From IMG/VR virus record IMGVR_UViG_3300037991_002019, positions 1-24,449 of that record: DNA of 24,449 bases; one strand, 5' to 3'. A program made the position numbers and the translations under genes. Below the pieces are notes generated by a model. That model saw nothing but the letters and a program-made list of their open reading frames with translations. It made no database searches and was not told the origin of the DNA. This document shows positions 9,327-18,544 of this stretch, one piece after another. This DNA comes from a virus (Duplodnaviria; Caudoviricetes). How positions within the stretch are numbered: the first letter of the stretch is position 1; each line of letters begins with the position of its first letter.

Positions 9327-12300
9327 TTAATTTTGTCCAGATCTATAGCTTTGTTTAAAGACACCCTTAAACTCAATGTGAGTAATATTACATGGGGTGT
9401 AGTGATCACTTTGAATAAAGACTCTCATACGTTCGGAGTCGCCAAATATTTTAGATATAAACTCTCCCTCACTTGACACTGGGACGGGCCTATCTATTGT
9501 TGATTCATTATACAGGGATTCTTTATAAAAGGGATCTCTTTTTGTTGAAATACTAACAAAATCTTCTTCACCCTTACGTTGAACCTTAATGGCATATTCT
9601 CCCGTATTAAAGTATCTAGTAGATATAGTTCTTAGATTCAATACGCCATCTATAATTTCACCTTGTTCTTGACGTACAAACTGGGGAGACATCTCAATAT
9701 TCATAGTATAAGGGGTTCCCACATAAATACCAATCTGTCCACCAGTAGCAACACCAAATAAGAAACCCTGATCGTCAGTTGTTTCTGGTGCTTGAGAAAT
9801 AAAACCTTGTGCTTCTGACTCAAGAACTGTAGACTCAATTAAACCTTGATCTTCTTTTACAGCCAAGAAGTCATCAAATCTACCATCTACTCTTAACCTA
9901 GTTTTTTTACCCGCTTCTGTTACATTTACACAAGGAATTGATCTACCTGAGTAATCTCCATACCCGGGACCAAACACAATTGTATTAACATTCTCATCTT
10001 GATACGGAAGAATAAAAGTTGTTGTATCAAATGTAGATGAAGTAGTATCACTATCATAAACAACATTAAACTGAGTATCAGAATCCTCAGGGAATTTAAT
10101 ATTAGGTTCAAAGAAATGCAAGTGATCTAGTCTTGGTAAATCATTTTCAATACTTTCTAGATATGTACGCTCAACAAAGTAATAATCCTTAGTTGTATTA
10201 TTTTTCTTTTGGAATGGTCTGGATGTAACCATATACAAATAATTATCAAATACTTCCATACTATCTACTGTAACATTTTCATCTAAAATATATCTAAATA
10301 CACTGTTTTGTGCTACGTTGTCGCCAGAAAATCGTTGAGTATACAAATACAATTCATTAGTATTATCTGCATCTACCATAATAATACTATCCTGTGAGGG
10401 TGCTCTAGCAATAGTACCAAAGTTTTTAGGTAAGTATCCCTCACAATGCTGAGTTGTTTCTACTGCCTGAGTAATAACATTTTTATTGGCAGAGGAGTAG
10501 TACAGATAGATTTTTTGCGGAGCAAAGAAGTAAATCTGAGAACCGATAAGCTGAGGTTTAGCCAGTGGATCCGAAGCATAGAACGTGGTAGGTGATAACT
10601 CTGCAGTAAACGGAGTAATCTGGTTTTCAGAACCTTGAAGTTCAAACTGAATATCATTGTCTGTATTTACAAACAAGAAGTCATAGAATGAAATCATATT
10701 ATTAATCTTAGATACCTTATCTAAAGAAGATCTAACGTCAATTACATCAGTATCTACAATAGTAGACGGATCACTTAGGAATAAATTAAAGAAATTACTA
10801 AACTCAGACGAGAATACAGTATCATCTACCGCAAACCACAATCTATTTCTCCATGTAGTAATAGAAGTAATCCGCCGTGGATCTCTTTTAAATATATCTG
10901 TAGCATTAACAAAGGGTGATGGCCCCGGATTGTTGCTAATATTGCCAGATTGCCGTGGTGACCACGAAGGAGTAACCATACTCCATGTACCAGAGGTGGT
11001 ATTATAGTCTAAAACAATAGGCCAAGTTCTTTCATCTACAACCGAGTATCTATCTTCAGATCTAACTACTTCATAATATGGGTTGCCGCCATCTGGTTCA
11101 CTGATTGCTCTATAGAACCCGGGGATAAAGTCAAAGAATCGTTCTCTAACCTCGTACACTTTACCTCTACCACGTTGCTGTTTGGTTGCACTTGTACTTA
11201 ACGTGCCGCCTTCGTACAAACTAAACAGTGTATCAGCTGCTGCATTTGTTTTAATTGTATCATTCTCTTCAGTAGGAATTTTAATATTTTGAAAAGAAAC
11301 AACAGACTGTCCGAGATCAGTTTGCTGTGACAAATTAAAGTTCTTGTCTTCTACAACTAAGGTAAAGTCAGCTAATGTATTTCTTAAACCCATCAACTCG
11401 CCAAACTTACCCCGTTTAACAGTCTTACCGTCTGACTCAAGGGGGGCATCATCTGCAATATCCATAACAAACGGAGAACTAGTACCATCATCTTTAAATA
11501 TAGTGTTACCATCTTGATCAAAACTATCAACCTCTAACTCCATTATCTTTATACCCACAGTTTGATCATCTGAAGAATCAGCTAAACCTTCAGCCCGTAA
11601 AACTCTTTTGTTATTATTAGAGTAAAACAATCCAAATGCTTTATCTGTTTGAGTTTCAATTTCATTAGCTAAATCTTTTATTGTACTGTTGGGATTAATA
11701 CTGCTAAGATTAATAGTATGTAAAATTACATTGCTTCTAACCGAACCATCATTAAGATCTACATCTTGTTGTCTAATAATAGCAAGATTATTAACTCTAC
11801 TTACAACATCATCACCTAATAAAGCAAAACCTTCGTTATCTTTCAAATCCGAAAGTTTGGTATCTCTTGTCAAAGTTTGCAAAGCTCTTGCATCAGTTTG
11901 GGTAAGACCCATGGATTCAATAAAGTTCTGGTTACCCGTACGATTAGTGGTGAAGTTTTCGGAAGAAACTGTTAAAACTAAATCTTCTGTATTTGCATCA
12001 ACCACTGAAAGCTGATTGGTAACATTATCAATAACTAATTTAGCGTCAGCACCTGAAGCATTAATGATTTCTGCAAGATCGCCTAAAGTTTTTGTTTTAC
12101 TTTGTGTAGCCCTAATAATGTTTTTAGCCGTAACAATACCATTTGCATCTATTGTTACACTACCATCTAATTCTGTAGTTGGAAGTAGTTTATGTGTGGC
12201 TCTTAAGTCACCTATAGTAATTGTGATATCTTGGTCTGTTTGAGGAGCACCATTTGCATCTTCAATATTAGGCGCAAGCTCTAAACTTCCCGGCTCTTTA

Positions 12301-13619
12301 TTAGTATCATAATCAATTAACTGCACAGTATATTGAACAGAGCCTCTGTTAATATAAAACTGATCTGCAAAGTAATCATCATTCTGAGCCGCAGCATTAG
12401 GATCTTTAACATTACCCGGTTTAGCATTATCAACAGGGTTATTAATTTGTACAATTCTGGCTGGTTTATCAAAACTAAACAATGTACTGAGCGGATTAAT
12501 TGGGTCAGTATCTGGACTTGTTCTAACTCTTAGGTTATCAATTACAGTATCTTCTGAAATTGGTACAAGATTTTTACCTACAGAATCAGGTAATGTTGAC
12601 ACTCTGTAATTTAATTTCTTACCTTTAAAATCAGGAACATATTCGGTAATTGCAAACTTGTAAAGATTATTAGCGCTAGGTGAATTAAAGGAAGGCAGTG
12701 TTCCGCTAATCATATCTACATCTCGAACATCAATTTCAAATCTATCGTTGCCTCGTTTTGATTTAGTAATATAAAAACTACAAACTGCGTTACCAGAACT
12801 AGCAACTGAAAGATCCACTTGTGTAATGTGAGGTACAATACCAAACTGTAACTTAGTATTAACACCTCTAAAAGTTTTATCAGAAAAGTTGCCTGATGTA
12901 GCTTCTTTTAACACAAGCTTAGTCAATTGAAAATCTTCAAACTGACTTTCTAGTCTATAATCTGCAGTATCAGCAAAGGAAAGGTTGAAATTTACAATAG
13001 GACTATTATTAATATCTCTAGCAATATCATCTCTAAACCTTGCAGATACCTGTTTGTTTAATAGAATAAGAGCACTACCAAATAATGCAAAGTCATAAGT
13101 TTCAAATGCAGCTTTACCGTCAGGATTCTGAGTAAGATAGGTAAAATGATCTCTAGTAATAGTTGTGTAGTCAAAAGTTTGCAGATCCATACGTTTATCA
13201 GTAGCATTCAATCTCCAAACAGTCATAAACTTTTTCTTAGTATCTAAGTCAAAGCCCACGTTATCATCTATAGTCAAACTAAAGTTAATACCAATAAGAA
13301 ATTTGTTGTCAGAATCAATAGATAACCACTTAAAAAAGATATCATCTTCGGTAGTTGGCTTATATCGCGAGCCGTCTGACAGTTCGTTAAAAATTAATGA
13401 CCCGGGAGCTGGCTCATCATCGGTTGGAAGCGATTCTTCCCCATAAAATAAACTACTACCGGGAATAAATTCTAGGGGTGGTCGTTTTTCTACGGATTTT
13501 TCCAATGTAACAAGACAATTATCTAGGTTTTCTGCCTCAGTAGGCAATCTTTTGTTACTTGCCTGTCGCCCCACGCCACCAGCCAAACTAGGAATAGCAA
13601 TTCTTCTATGGACACTCAT
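9327..13619 (-). CDS. Tail tubular protein B / nozzle (T7 gp12-like), enlarged to ~1430 aa
   Basis: N-terminal IPSLAGGVGRQ...ENLD...LEKSVEKRPP, then W..R.SG....NPGPSPF, ITTWRNRLWF, FFNLF....DTDVIDV and a C-terminal G.LNLR. Likely start at 13619 (ATGA overlap with the gp11-like stop). Confidence 0.88.
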   Translation of the reverse strand: MSVHRRIAIPSLAGGVGRQASNKRLPTEAENLDNCLVTLEKSVEKRPPLEFIPGSSLFYGEESLPTDDEPAPGSLIFNELSDGSRYKPTTEDDIFFKWLSIDSDNKFLIGINFSLTIDDNVGFDLDTKKKFMTVWRLNATDKRMDLQTFDYTTITRDHFTYLTQNPDGKAAFETYDFALFGSALILLNKQVSARFRDDIARDINNSPIVNFNLSFADTADYRLESQFEDFQLTKLVLKEATSGNFSDKTFRGVNTKLQFGIVPHITQVDLSVASSGNAVCSFYITKSKRGNDRFEIDVRDVDMISGTLPSFNSPSANNLYKFAITEYVPDFKGKKLNYRVSTLPDSVGKNLVPISEDTVIDNLRVRTSPDTDPINPLSTLFSFDKPARIVQINNPVDNAKPGNVKDPNAAAQNDDYFADQFYINRGSVQYTVQLIDYDTNKEPGSLELAPNIEDANGAPQTDQDITITIGDLRATHKLLPTTELDGSVTIDANGIVTAKNIIRATQSKTKTLGDLAEIINASGADAKLVIDNVTNQLSVVDANTEDLVLTVSSENFTTNRTGNQNFIESMGLTQTDARALQTLTRDTKLSDLKDNEGFALLGDDVVSRVNNLAIIRQQDVDLNDGSVRSNVILHTINLSSINPNSTIKDLANEIETQTDKAFGLFYSNNNKRVLRAEGLADSSDDQTVGIKIMELEVDSFDQDGNTIFKDDGTSSPFVMDIADDAPLESDGKTVKRGKFGELMGLRNTLADFTLVVEDKNFNLSQQTDLGQSVVSFQNIKIPTEENDTIKTNAAADTLFSLYEGGTLSTSATKQQRGRGKVYEVRERFFDFIPGFYRAISEPDGGNPYYEVVRSEDRYSVVDERTWPIVLDYNTTSGTWSMVTPSWSPRQSGNISNNPGPSPFVNATDIFKRDPRRITSITTWRNRLWFAVDDTVFSSEFSNFFNLFLSDPSTIVDTDVIDVRSSLDKVSKINNMISFYDFLFVNTDNDIQFELQGSENQITPFTAELSPTTFYASDPLAKPQLIGSQIYFFAPQKIYLYYSSANKNVITQAVETTQHCEGYLPKNFGTIARAPSQDSIIMVDADNTNELYLYTQRFSGDNVAQNSVFRYILDENVTVDSMEVFDNYLYMVTSRPFQKKNNTTKDYYFVERTYLESIENDLPRLDHLHFFEPNIKFPEDSDTQFNVVYDSDTTSSTFDTTTFILPYQDENVNTIVFGPGYGDYSGRSIPCVNVTEAGKKTRLRVDGRFDDFLAVKEDQGLIESTVLESEAQGFISQAPETTDDQGFLFGVATGGQIGIYVGTPYTMNIEMSPQFVRQEQGEIIDGVLNLRTISTRYFNTGEYAIKVQRKGEEDFVSISTKRDPFYKESLYNESTIDRPVPVSSEGEFISKIFGDSERMRVFIQSDHYTPCNITHIEFKGVFKQSYRSGQN

Positions 13620-14365
13620 GAACGATGTCTCCAAAATCTAAATCTAGTAGGATCATAGATTCCATTTGAGTTTCTATTTAAGATACGATGCAACGAGCTG
13701 TCACCCGATGCAAAAAGATTGCGGCGTTTGTCATTCATATCAGCCGCACGGCCCTTAGCGGACAACATAGCAGCCTTCTCGCCCAACATACGGTCAACAT
13801 CTCTGTCTCCTTGTACAAAGAGCTGATATTGTCTAGAAGAGTTAGCTGTAATAGATTTTTGAATACTAGTTTCCAAATCTTCAAACTCAACAAACTCTAC
13901 TAAATTAATCTTAACCTCAGTATCTAGATCCCATTCATCTGTATTAGTAGTTACATTGTATAAAATATTATAATCTCTACCGTTTGCTTCTACGCCAAAC
14001 CTGCGAGGGCTAGCAGTTACTCGTAAATCTAAACTACTATCTACCAATCCAGTAACTAGCTCGGCAGAAATAAGAGAACCTGTACGCATATCTTCTGTAT
14101 AATCAGACAGCAAGATTCTACCCTTTGTATCATCAGAAATAGGTTTCACTGCGTTCCCCACAGGCCCCGTGCGACTAGGTTTGACTTTAATCATTCGGTA
14201 GTTAGCGGCAAGACCACGGAGCTGAGCTTCTAAAGTCTGTTGATCTAACAAAAACTCAGCCAAATTTACATCAGTATTTTGGCTATCGGTGAGACTAGTG
14301 ACAATTTGTTCACCAGCATTAAATAGTAATTCATTTACAGCGTCTAGCTTGTTCATTAATCCCAT
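13616..14365 (-). CDS. Tail tubular protein A / adaptor (T7 gp11-like)
   Basis: N-terminal KLDAVNELLFNAGEQIVTSL and later FEDLETSIQKSIT..SSRQYQ; AGGAGG RBS; lies between capsid and nozzle. Confidence 0.9.
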   Translation of the reverse strand: MGLMNKLDAVNELLFNAGEQIVTSLTDSQNTDVNLAEFLLDQQTLEAQLRGLAANYRMIKVKPSRTGPVGNAVKPISDDTKGRILLSDYTEDMRTGSLISAELVTGLVDSSLDLRVTASPRRFGVEANGRDYNILYNVTTNTDEWDLDTEVKINLVEFVEFEDLETSIQKSITANSSRQYQLFVQGDRDVDRMLGEKAAMLSAKGRAADMNDKRRNLFASGDSSLHRILNRNSNGIYDPTRFRFWRHRS

Positions 14366-14377
14366 GATAACCTCCTT

Positions 14378-14415
14378 ATAGAAAGACCCGAGGCCCCCTT
14401 TCGGGGGCTCCGGGC
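14378..14415 (-). terminator. GC-rich hairpin after the major capsid gene (T-phi-equivalent position), weak U tract
   Basis: The minus strand reads GCCCGGAGCCCCC-GAAA-GGGGGCCTCGGGT-CTTTCT: a 13 bp stem with one mismatch and two G-U pairs, closed by a GNRA loop. Confidence 0.75.
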
Positions 14416-14437
14416 GAATGTGTATTTAATTGTCAAA

Positions 14438-15931
14438 TTAGGAAGCGGCAGTTCCCAGACCGTCAGTTCTAGGATCCGTCGCACTAAAGATACCAGCATC
14501 AGGCGACTTGACATATTCAGGCACAAAGGCACCATCATTAGTAATCGCTTCAACACTATTATCATTTCCTCCGTTCAGACCAGCAGCACCGTAAGCAGCA
14601 CGAGCCATTTCTCTAATGTTATCATCATTAAGAGTAGGTGTGGTAGCTAAGGTAACACTAAATGGACCTGAGTCACCGTGAGCATCGCGTTGGAAGGATA
14701 ACAAGTCATTGTTACTATCAAAGGCGAAATTACCAAATGCATTAGTAGCATCGGCAAACACACAGTTAGAACCGGTGGTAGTACCACCTCCGGGTTGACC
14801 AACACAGATTGCAGCATGTTCTGGCTTCATAACGCCAGTACCAGCCATCATCGAAGCAACCGTAAACACGGTGTTACGACGAATATCATCCACTTGATCA
14901 ACCTTAAGACCCATCATCTTGAGCGAGGCAATACAGCCTTGCTGCCAAATCAAAGCCTTAACAGGCATGACGTTAAAGGTTCTATTGTAACGAGACTCAC
15001 CGATCTTAAACTGACCGTAGTTAGCGTTAGGCAAGTGATTCGTTTTGATAATAGAAACACCTTGGTACTCTAATCGGTCAGCAAGGTTGAACATACCTTG
15101 ATTCAGACCAGCACCCAGACCACCAGCATCGGCAACACCGCCGAAGAATGGTCGACCAGCACCACCAGCAAGATCAGAGCTATCGCGAGCCACACCAAGA
15201 GCACGAATGTCTTGGAAAGTACGAGGCTCAACAGCACAGTACACACCCTCAGTTGGGGCATCCACTTCTTGCAGACGGATTTGGAACTCTTCAATCTTCT
15301 CAAGCAACTTAAGAGCAGCATCGGTACGCTGAGTAGCGGTAGCCGAAGCCTTACCTAAGTTATCAAAGTTGCTATTCATAAAGATCTTACCACCTAATCC
15401 ACCAACGGCAGAATAAGTAGAGCTATTAAAACGACTATCGGTTGCCCGAGGATCCTCAGCAAGACCATCTTCACAAGCAGCACGAGCAATATAAGCACCG
15501 ATTTGACGGTCACGAGCATCCGACAGGGTACGTCCAGCTTGTCGTGCAAGCTCGGAGCGGTACTCCCATTGGGTGAGCATGAGGTCAATGTTATCGAGCT
15601 CAAAGTGAGAAGCGATAGGTCGCTTGTCAAGGGTCACACGGAAGGTCGTAGCCTGAGAATCCATGCCACCGACAAGTTCATCACCTGCAGCCCAGACGGG
15701 ATTCAGGTTGACATATCCGGTCACAGGGAATTCCATCGTGGTTCCCGAAGAGATCGTACGAGACTCAACAAGTGGCTCGAAGATGTTATATTGATCATAC
15801 GCATTAATGACTTCGCCTGCCCAAATAGGAAGGACGAGCCGACCGTCACCGGTCGTAGGGTTATTAAAAGAAATGCCACCAGTTGTAGACGCACGATACG
15901 CCATATTGGAAGCGAGTAATGGATCAGCCAT
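14438..15931 (-). CDS. Major capsid protein (T7 gp10-like) with ~120 aa C-terminal extension
   Basis: WAGEVINAY, SRTISSGTTMEFPVTG, YRSELARQAGRTLSDARDRQI, IIKTNHLP and MAGTGVMKPEHA motifs. AAGGAG RBS; follows the scaffold gene. Confidence 0.93.
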   Translation of the reverse strand: MADPLLASNMAYRASTTGGISFNNPTTGDGRLVLPIWAGEVINAYDQYNIFEPLVESRTISSGTTMEFPVTGYVNLNPVWAAGDELVGGMDSQATTFRVTLDKRPIASHFELDNIDLMLTQWEYRSELARQAGRTLSDARDRQIGAYIARAACEDGLAEDPRATDSRFNSSTYSAVGGLGGKIFMNSNFDNLGKASATATQRTDAALKLLEKIEEFQIRLQEVDAPTEGVYCAVEPRTFQDIRALGVARDSSDLAGGAGRPFFGGVADAGGLGAGLNQGMFNLADRLEYQGVSIIKTNHLPNANYGQFKIGESRYNRTFNVMPVKALIWQQGCIASLKMMGLKVDQVDDIRRNTVFTVASMMAGTGVMKPEHAAICVGQPGGGTTTGSNCVFADATNAFGNFAFDSNNDLLSFQRDAHGDSGPFSVTLATTPTLNDDNIREMARAAYGAAGLNGGNDNSVEAITNDGAFVPEYVKSPDAGIFSATDPRTDGLGTAAS

Positions 15932-16097
15932 GATTAATTCTCCTTATGTTATGGCTATTCAGTAGACAAATACATAAAGACAATGATTGTTCCTTTCGGA
16001 GTCATAGCCTGCACCAACTCATACTACTTTTTCAACTCGTAAGCCTACTTGTTTGTATTTGTTGATGTGTTCTCCTAAATCTTGTCCAAGGATTTAG
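15932..16097 (-). promoter_or_regulatory. Structured intergenic leader of the capsid gene
   Basis: This is the only long non-coding gap. It contains a GAAA-capped hairpin (15983-16005), a 9 bp inverted repeat (15966-15974 / 16054-16062) and a hairpin over the scaffold stop (16075-16097). Confidence 0.5.
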
Positions 16098-16990
16098 CGA
16101 GTAAAAATACCAGAGTTCATAGTTTCAGCAATTCTTAGTTCAGTTAATTGCCTATATTCGGGGTCCATTCTGTATCTAGGATCATTCATCGCAGCATTCA
16201 TTTCTTGTCTAGAACGAAACGGTGCAACACGCGAATCAGTTTGAGCCGTAGCTACATTCTCAGCATTCACCCGAGATGGCTCCTGAGCTTTAGGTTTGCT
16301 CGCCATATCTTGATCGTATCTGGCTTTAAGACCAAGTAATGCAGTCTTATATGAGGGACCAGCAAGCATTTGATTTAACTCATTACGCTCACCATCCGAC
16401 AAAGACTCACCTGCCCATGAAAGGACAGAATCTAAAGTTTGTTGATCTCCAACCACATTGGCTGCAGTATCATAGGCTTCCTTACGGAGAGCCTTTTGAC
16501 CAGCAATAAATGTATTAACAACACTGTCATCTACATTCATTGCAGCCTTGATTTGATTTCTGGTTTCTGCACTGAAGTCTCCATCAGTTGCAAGTTCTGT
16601 TTGCCAAGCAGCCCAGTTCTCATTCATAGTAGGAGCCGGTGGCTCTACTGGCTTATCAATCCGAAGCTCACCCTTTGATTCAGGTGCCTCTCCCGTAGGA
16701 GCAGGAGCTGCTTCTTGTTGAACAGGTCTGTCAGGGATTTCTCCAGTCTCAGCATACTGACGCTTAAGGTCAGCAATCTCTTGCCTAGCTTGAGTAAATT
16801 GCCCCTGAGCTTCCTTCAAAGAATTAAACCACGCCTCGGTGTTCTGAAAGTTTTCAGGAACTTGCATGCCTTGATCCTTAACATAGGTTTCAAAAGCATC
16901 TTTTTCACGAGCAAGATTTGCATCTTCAGGATTGATAATTGGTGCAGATTGTTCCTGTTGCGGAGTCTCACCTTGTTGTTCTTCAGTCAT
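16094..16990 (-). CDS. Capsid scaffolding/assembly protein (T7 gp9-like)
   Basis: Acidic, Gln-rich protein with VVGD.....VLSWAGESLS..E and a C-terminal PFRSRQEMNAAMNDPRYRMDPEYR; upstream of the capsid gene. Confidence 0.9.
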   Translation of the reverse strand: MTEEQQGETPQQEQSAPIINPEDANLAREKDAFETYVKDQGMQVPENFQNTEAWFNSLKEAQGQFTQARQEIADLKRQYAETGEIPDRPVQQEAAPAPTGEAPESKGELRIDKPVEPPAPTMNENWAAWQTELATDGDFSAETRNQIKAAMNVDDSVVNTFIAGQKALRKEAYDTAANVVGDQQTLDSVLSWAGESLSDGERNELNQMLAGPSYKTALLGLKARYDQDMASKPKAQEPSRVNAENVATAQTDSRVAPFRSRQEMNAAMNDPRYRMDPEYRQLTELRIAETMNSGIFTR

Positions 16991-17003
16991 TTAAGTTTCC
17001 TTA

Positions 17004-17597
17004 TTATTTAATACGTTTGATACGCTTCAACATATCTTTAAAGCTACTAAACTCTTTAGTATCCGCGTCGAAGCGACCATTTAATTTTTGATTAAGTTGT
17101 TGATATTTTAATTCATCTTGGAAGCTACAGCCATTTAAACCTTTGACTGATTCAACTCCAATTACACATGTCTCACCGTCTTTCGAGTCACCATTATTTT
17201 CAAGGTTATAACTAATAGTTAATTCACAACCCTCTTCAAGACCAGTAACTTCAAAACCAACAGTATGATTACCACTAGAACCAAGAGTTCCAATAGATTT
17301 ATTAGAATCTCCATTAACAATAGTAGTAGGAGTAGCCGTACCTTCGTCGTCAGTAAATATTGCCTTTACAGTTAAATCACCAGCAAATGCATCAGGGTGT
17401 GTCTGATTAGGTGTAATAAAATCTTGATCTAATTGTAATACAACGTCTAATTGAACAGTAGCAGGTGACTGTCCAAAATTACCAGCACCACTTACAAATG
17501 GATCGCTTGCTGCAGTAGTAAATGTATTAGTAATAACTGTATCCACACTTTCGGGATCAAAATCAATGTCCGCTGGACCTGTATAAACTAAAGCCAT
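17004..17597 (-). CDS. Hypothetical beta-rich acidic protein with a basic C-terminus (197 aa), possible virion protein
   Basis: Probable start MALVYTGP at 17597 behind AAGGAGA. The track's upstream start overlaps the previous gene. Confidence 0.6.
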   Translation of the reverse strand: MALVYTGPADIDFDPESVDTVITNTFTTAASDPFVSGAGNFGQSPATVQLDVVLQLDQDFITPNQTHPDAFAGDLTVKAIFTDDEGTATPTTIVNGDSNKSIGTLGSSGNHTVGFEVTGLEEGCELTISYNLENNGDSKDGETCVIGVESVKGLNGCSFQDELKYQQLNQKLNGRFDADTKEFSSFKDMLKRIKRIK

Positions 17598-17599
17598 AA

Positions 17600-17833
17600 T
17601 TAATCTCCTTTGGCATCTGCCTTCTTGTATTCTGAGAACCATAGATACCCTAAACAAAGTATAGCCAAACCCACAAGACCACCTCCTAAATAACTGTAAT
17701 CAGTTGAGAGTGGTTGAACTATACTAGGCATTGGTTCTGTAATAATTTCCTGTTCTTTTAATAAAGGAGTTGACTTACAACCCCCAAGAAGGCAGAGCCA
17801 CGCGCACGCCTTCAGAATTACTTTGCAGTCCAT
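17600..17833 (-). CDS. Putative lipoprotein with C-terminal TM helix (u-spanin-like topology)
   Basis: Signal peptide and lipobox CLLGG|C; C-terminal YLGGGLVGLAILCLGYLWF followed by KK. Confidence 0.55.
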   Translation of the reverse strand: MDCKVILKACAWLCLLGGCKSTPLLKEQEIITEPMPSIVQPLSTDYSYLGGGLVGLAILCLGYLWFSEYKKADAKGD

Positions 17834-17946
17834 GGCAACTTAGCGTTAAGCCAACTAAACAATGGCTTACCCATCCAAGCACCTGCTGCAAAGACTAACA
17901 CATGAGACAAGATAAAGCCCCATGATCCGATAATAAAATCTACCAT
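17818..17946 (-). CDS. Small membrane protein (42 aa), possible holin
   Basis: Not in the track. MVDFIIGSWGFILSHVLVFAAGAWMGKPLFSWLNAKLPWTAK; AGGAGA RBS; overlaps the lipoprotein start. Confidence 0.6.
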   Translation of the reverse strand: MVDFIIGSWGFILSHVLVFAAGAWMGKPLFSWLNAKLPWTAK

Positions 17947-17958
17947 AATAATCTCCTA

Positions 17959-18417
17959 TTAGGTACTAGCAACAAACAATTCGAGATCGACGTTTGCACT
18001 GTTAGCTTTAGCTGTAACGCTCTCAAGTTGATCGAACGTTACAGAACCATGAGCAACATTATTGGAATCGAATTGTACGTCATCATTATAGATAACAAAA
18101 GTTTGACCAGCTTCTAACTTAATATAAGCTGAGTCAAGAACTCCACACTCTAAACCAAGCGTAACATAATTAGTATCATCTTTATTTGTAATTCTAATGT
18201 ACTTGACACTAGAATTAACAAAGGCTCCGGCTCCTACAGTAGTAGCCAGAGACACAAGAGTTCTATCTGCAGAAGTATCTACCGTAACAATACGATGATC
18301 AACCTCATTAACAGATGCAATAGTTAATGTGTTGGTAACACCACGGTCAACACCATTCAGCGTAAGAGCTTCAGTGTGCGTAACCGTAAGCGTTGCCGCT
18401 GAAATAGTACTTGCCAT
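17959..18417 (-). CDS. Hypothetical beta-sandwich virion-type protein (152 aa)
   Basis: Thr/Val/Ala-rich beta pattern with VKYIRITNKDDTNYV and KLEAGQTF, resembling small phage decoration-type proteins. Confidence 0.55.
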   Translation of the reverse strand: MASTISAATLTVTHTEALTLNGVDRGVTNTLTIASVNEVDHRIVTVDTSADRTLVSLATTVGAGAFVNSSVKYIRITNKDDTNYVTLGLECGVLDSAYIKLEAGQTFVIYNDDVQFDSNNVAHGSVTFDQLESVTAKANSANVDLELFVAST

Positions 18418-18421
18418 TTAG

Positions 18422-18544
18422 TTAACCCTTTCCGTTCTTCTTCTTCTTCTTTGCAGCCACCATCTTAGCACTGCTTTGAGATCTAGTAGTGGGCTTACTC
18501 ATGCCCATCATCTTTTTAGCTCTAGCCTTTTTTCTTCCCGGCAT
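18422..18544 (-). CDS. Small basic protein (40 aa)
   Basis: Not in the track. MPGRKKARAKKMMGMSKPTTRSQSSAKMVAAKKKKKNGKG; AGGAG RBS upstream; fills the gap. Confidence 0.6.
   Translation of the reverse strand: MPGRKKARAKKMMGMSKPTTRSQSSAKMVAAKKKKKNGKG

Noticed and set aside
8317-15630. Nested minus-strand ORFs (8317-8505, 9926-10111, 10460-10657, 14356-14565, 15103-15321, 15394-15630) as overprinted genes or capsid frameshift extensions
   Set aside because: They are Leu/Val-rich off-frame translations expected from codon bias. I found no convincing RBS, lipobox or slippery site.
18435-18452. (CTT)n microsatellite-like run
   Set aside because: It simply encodes poly-Lys (AAG codons) in the 40 aa basic protein.
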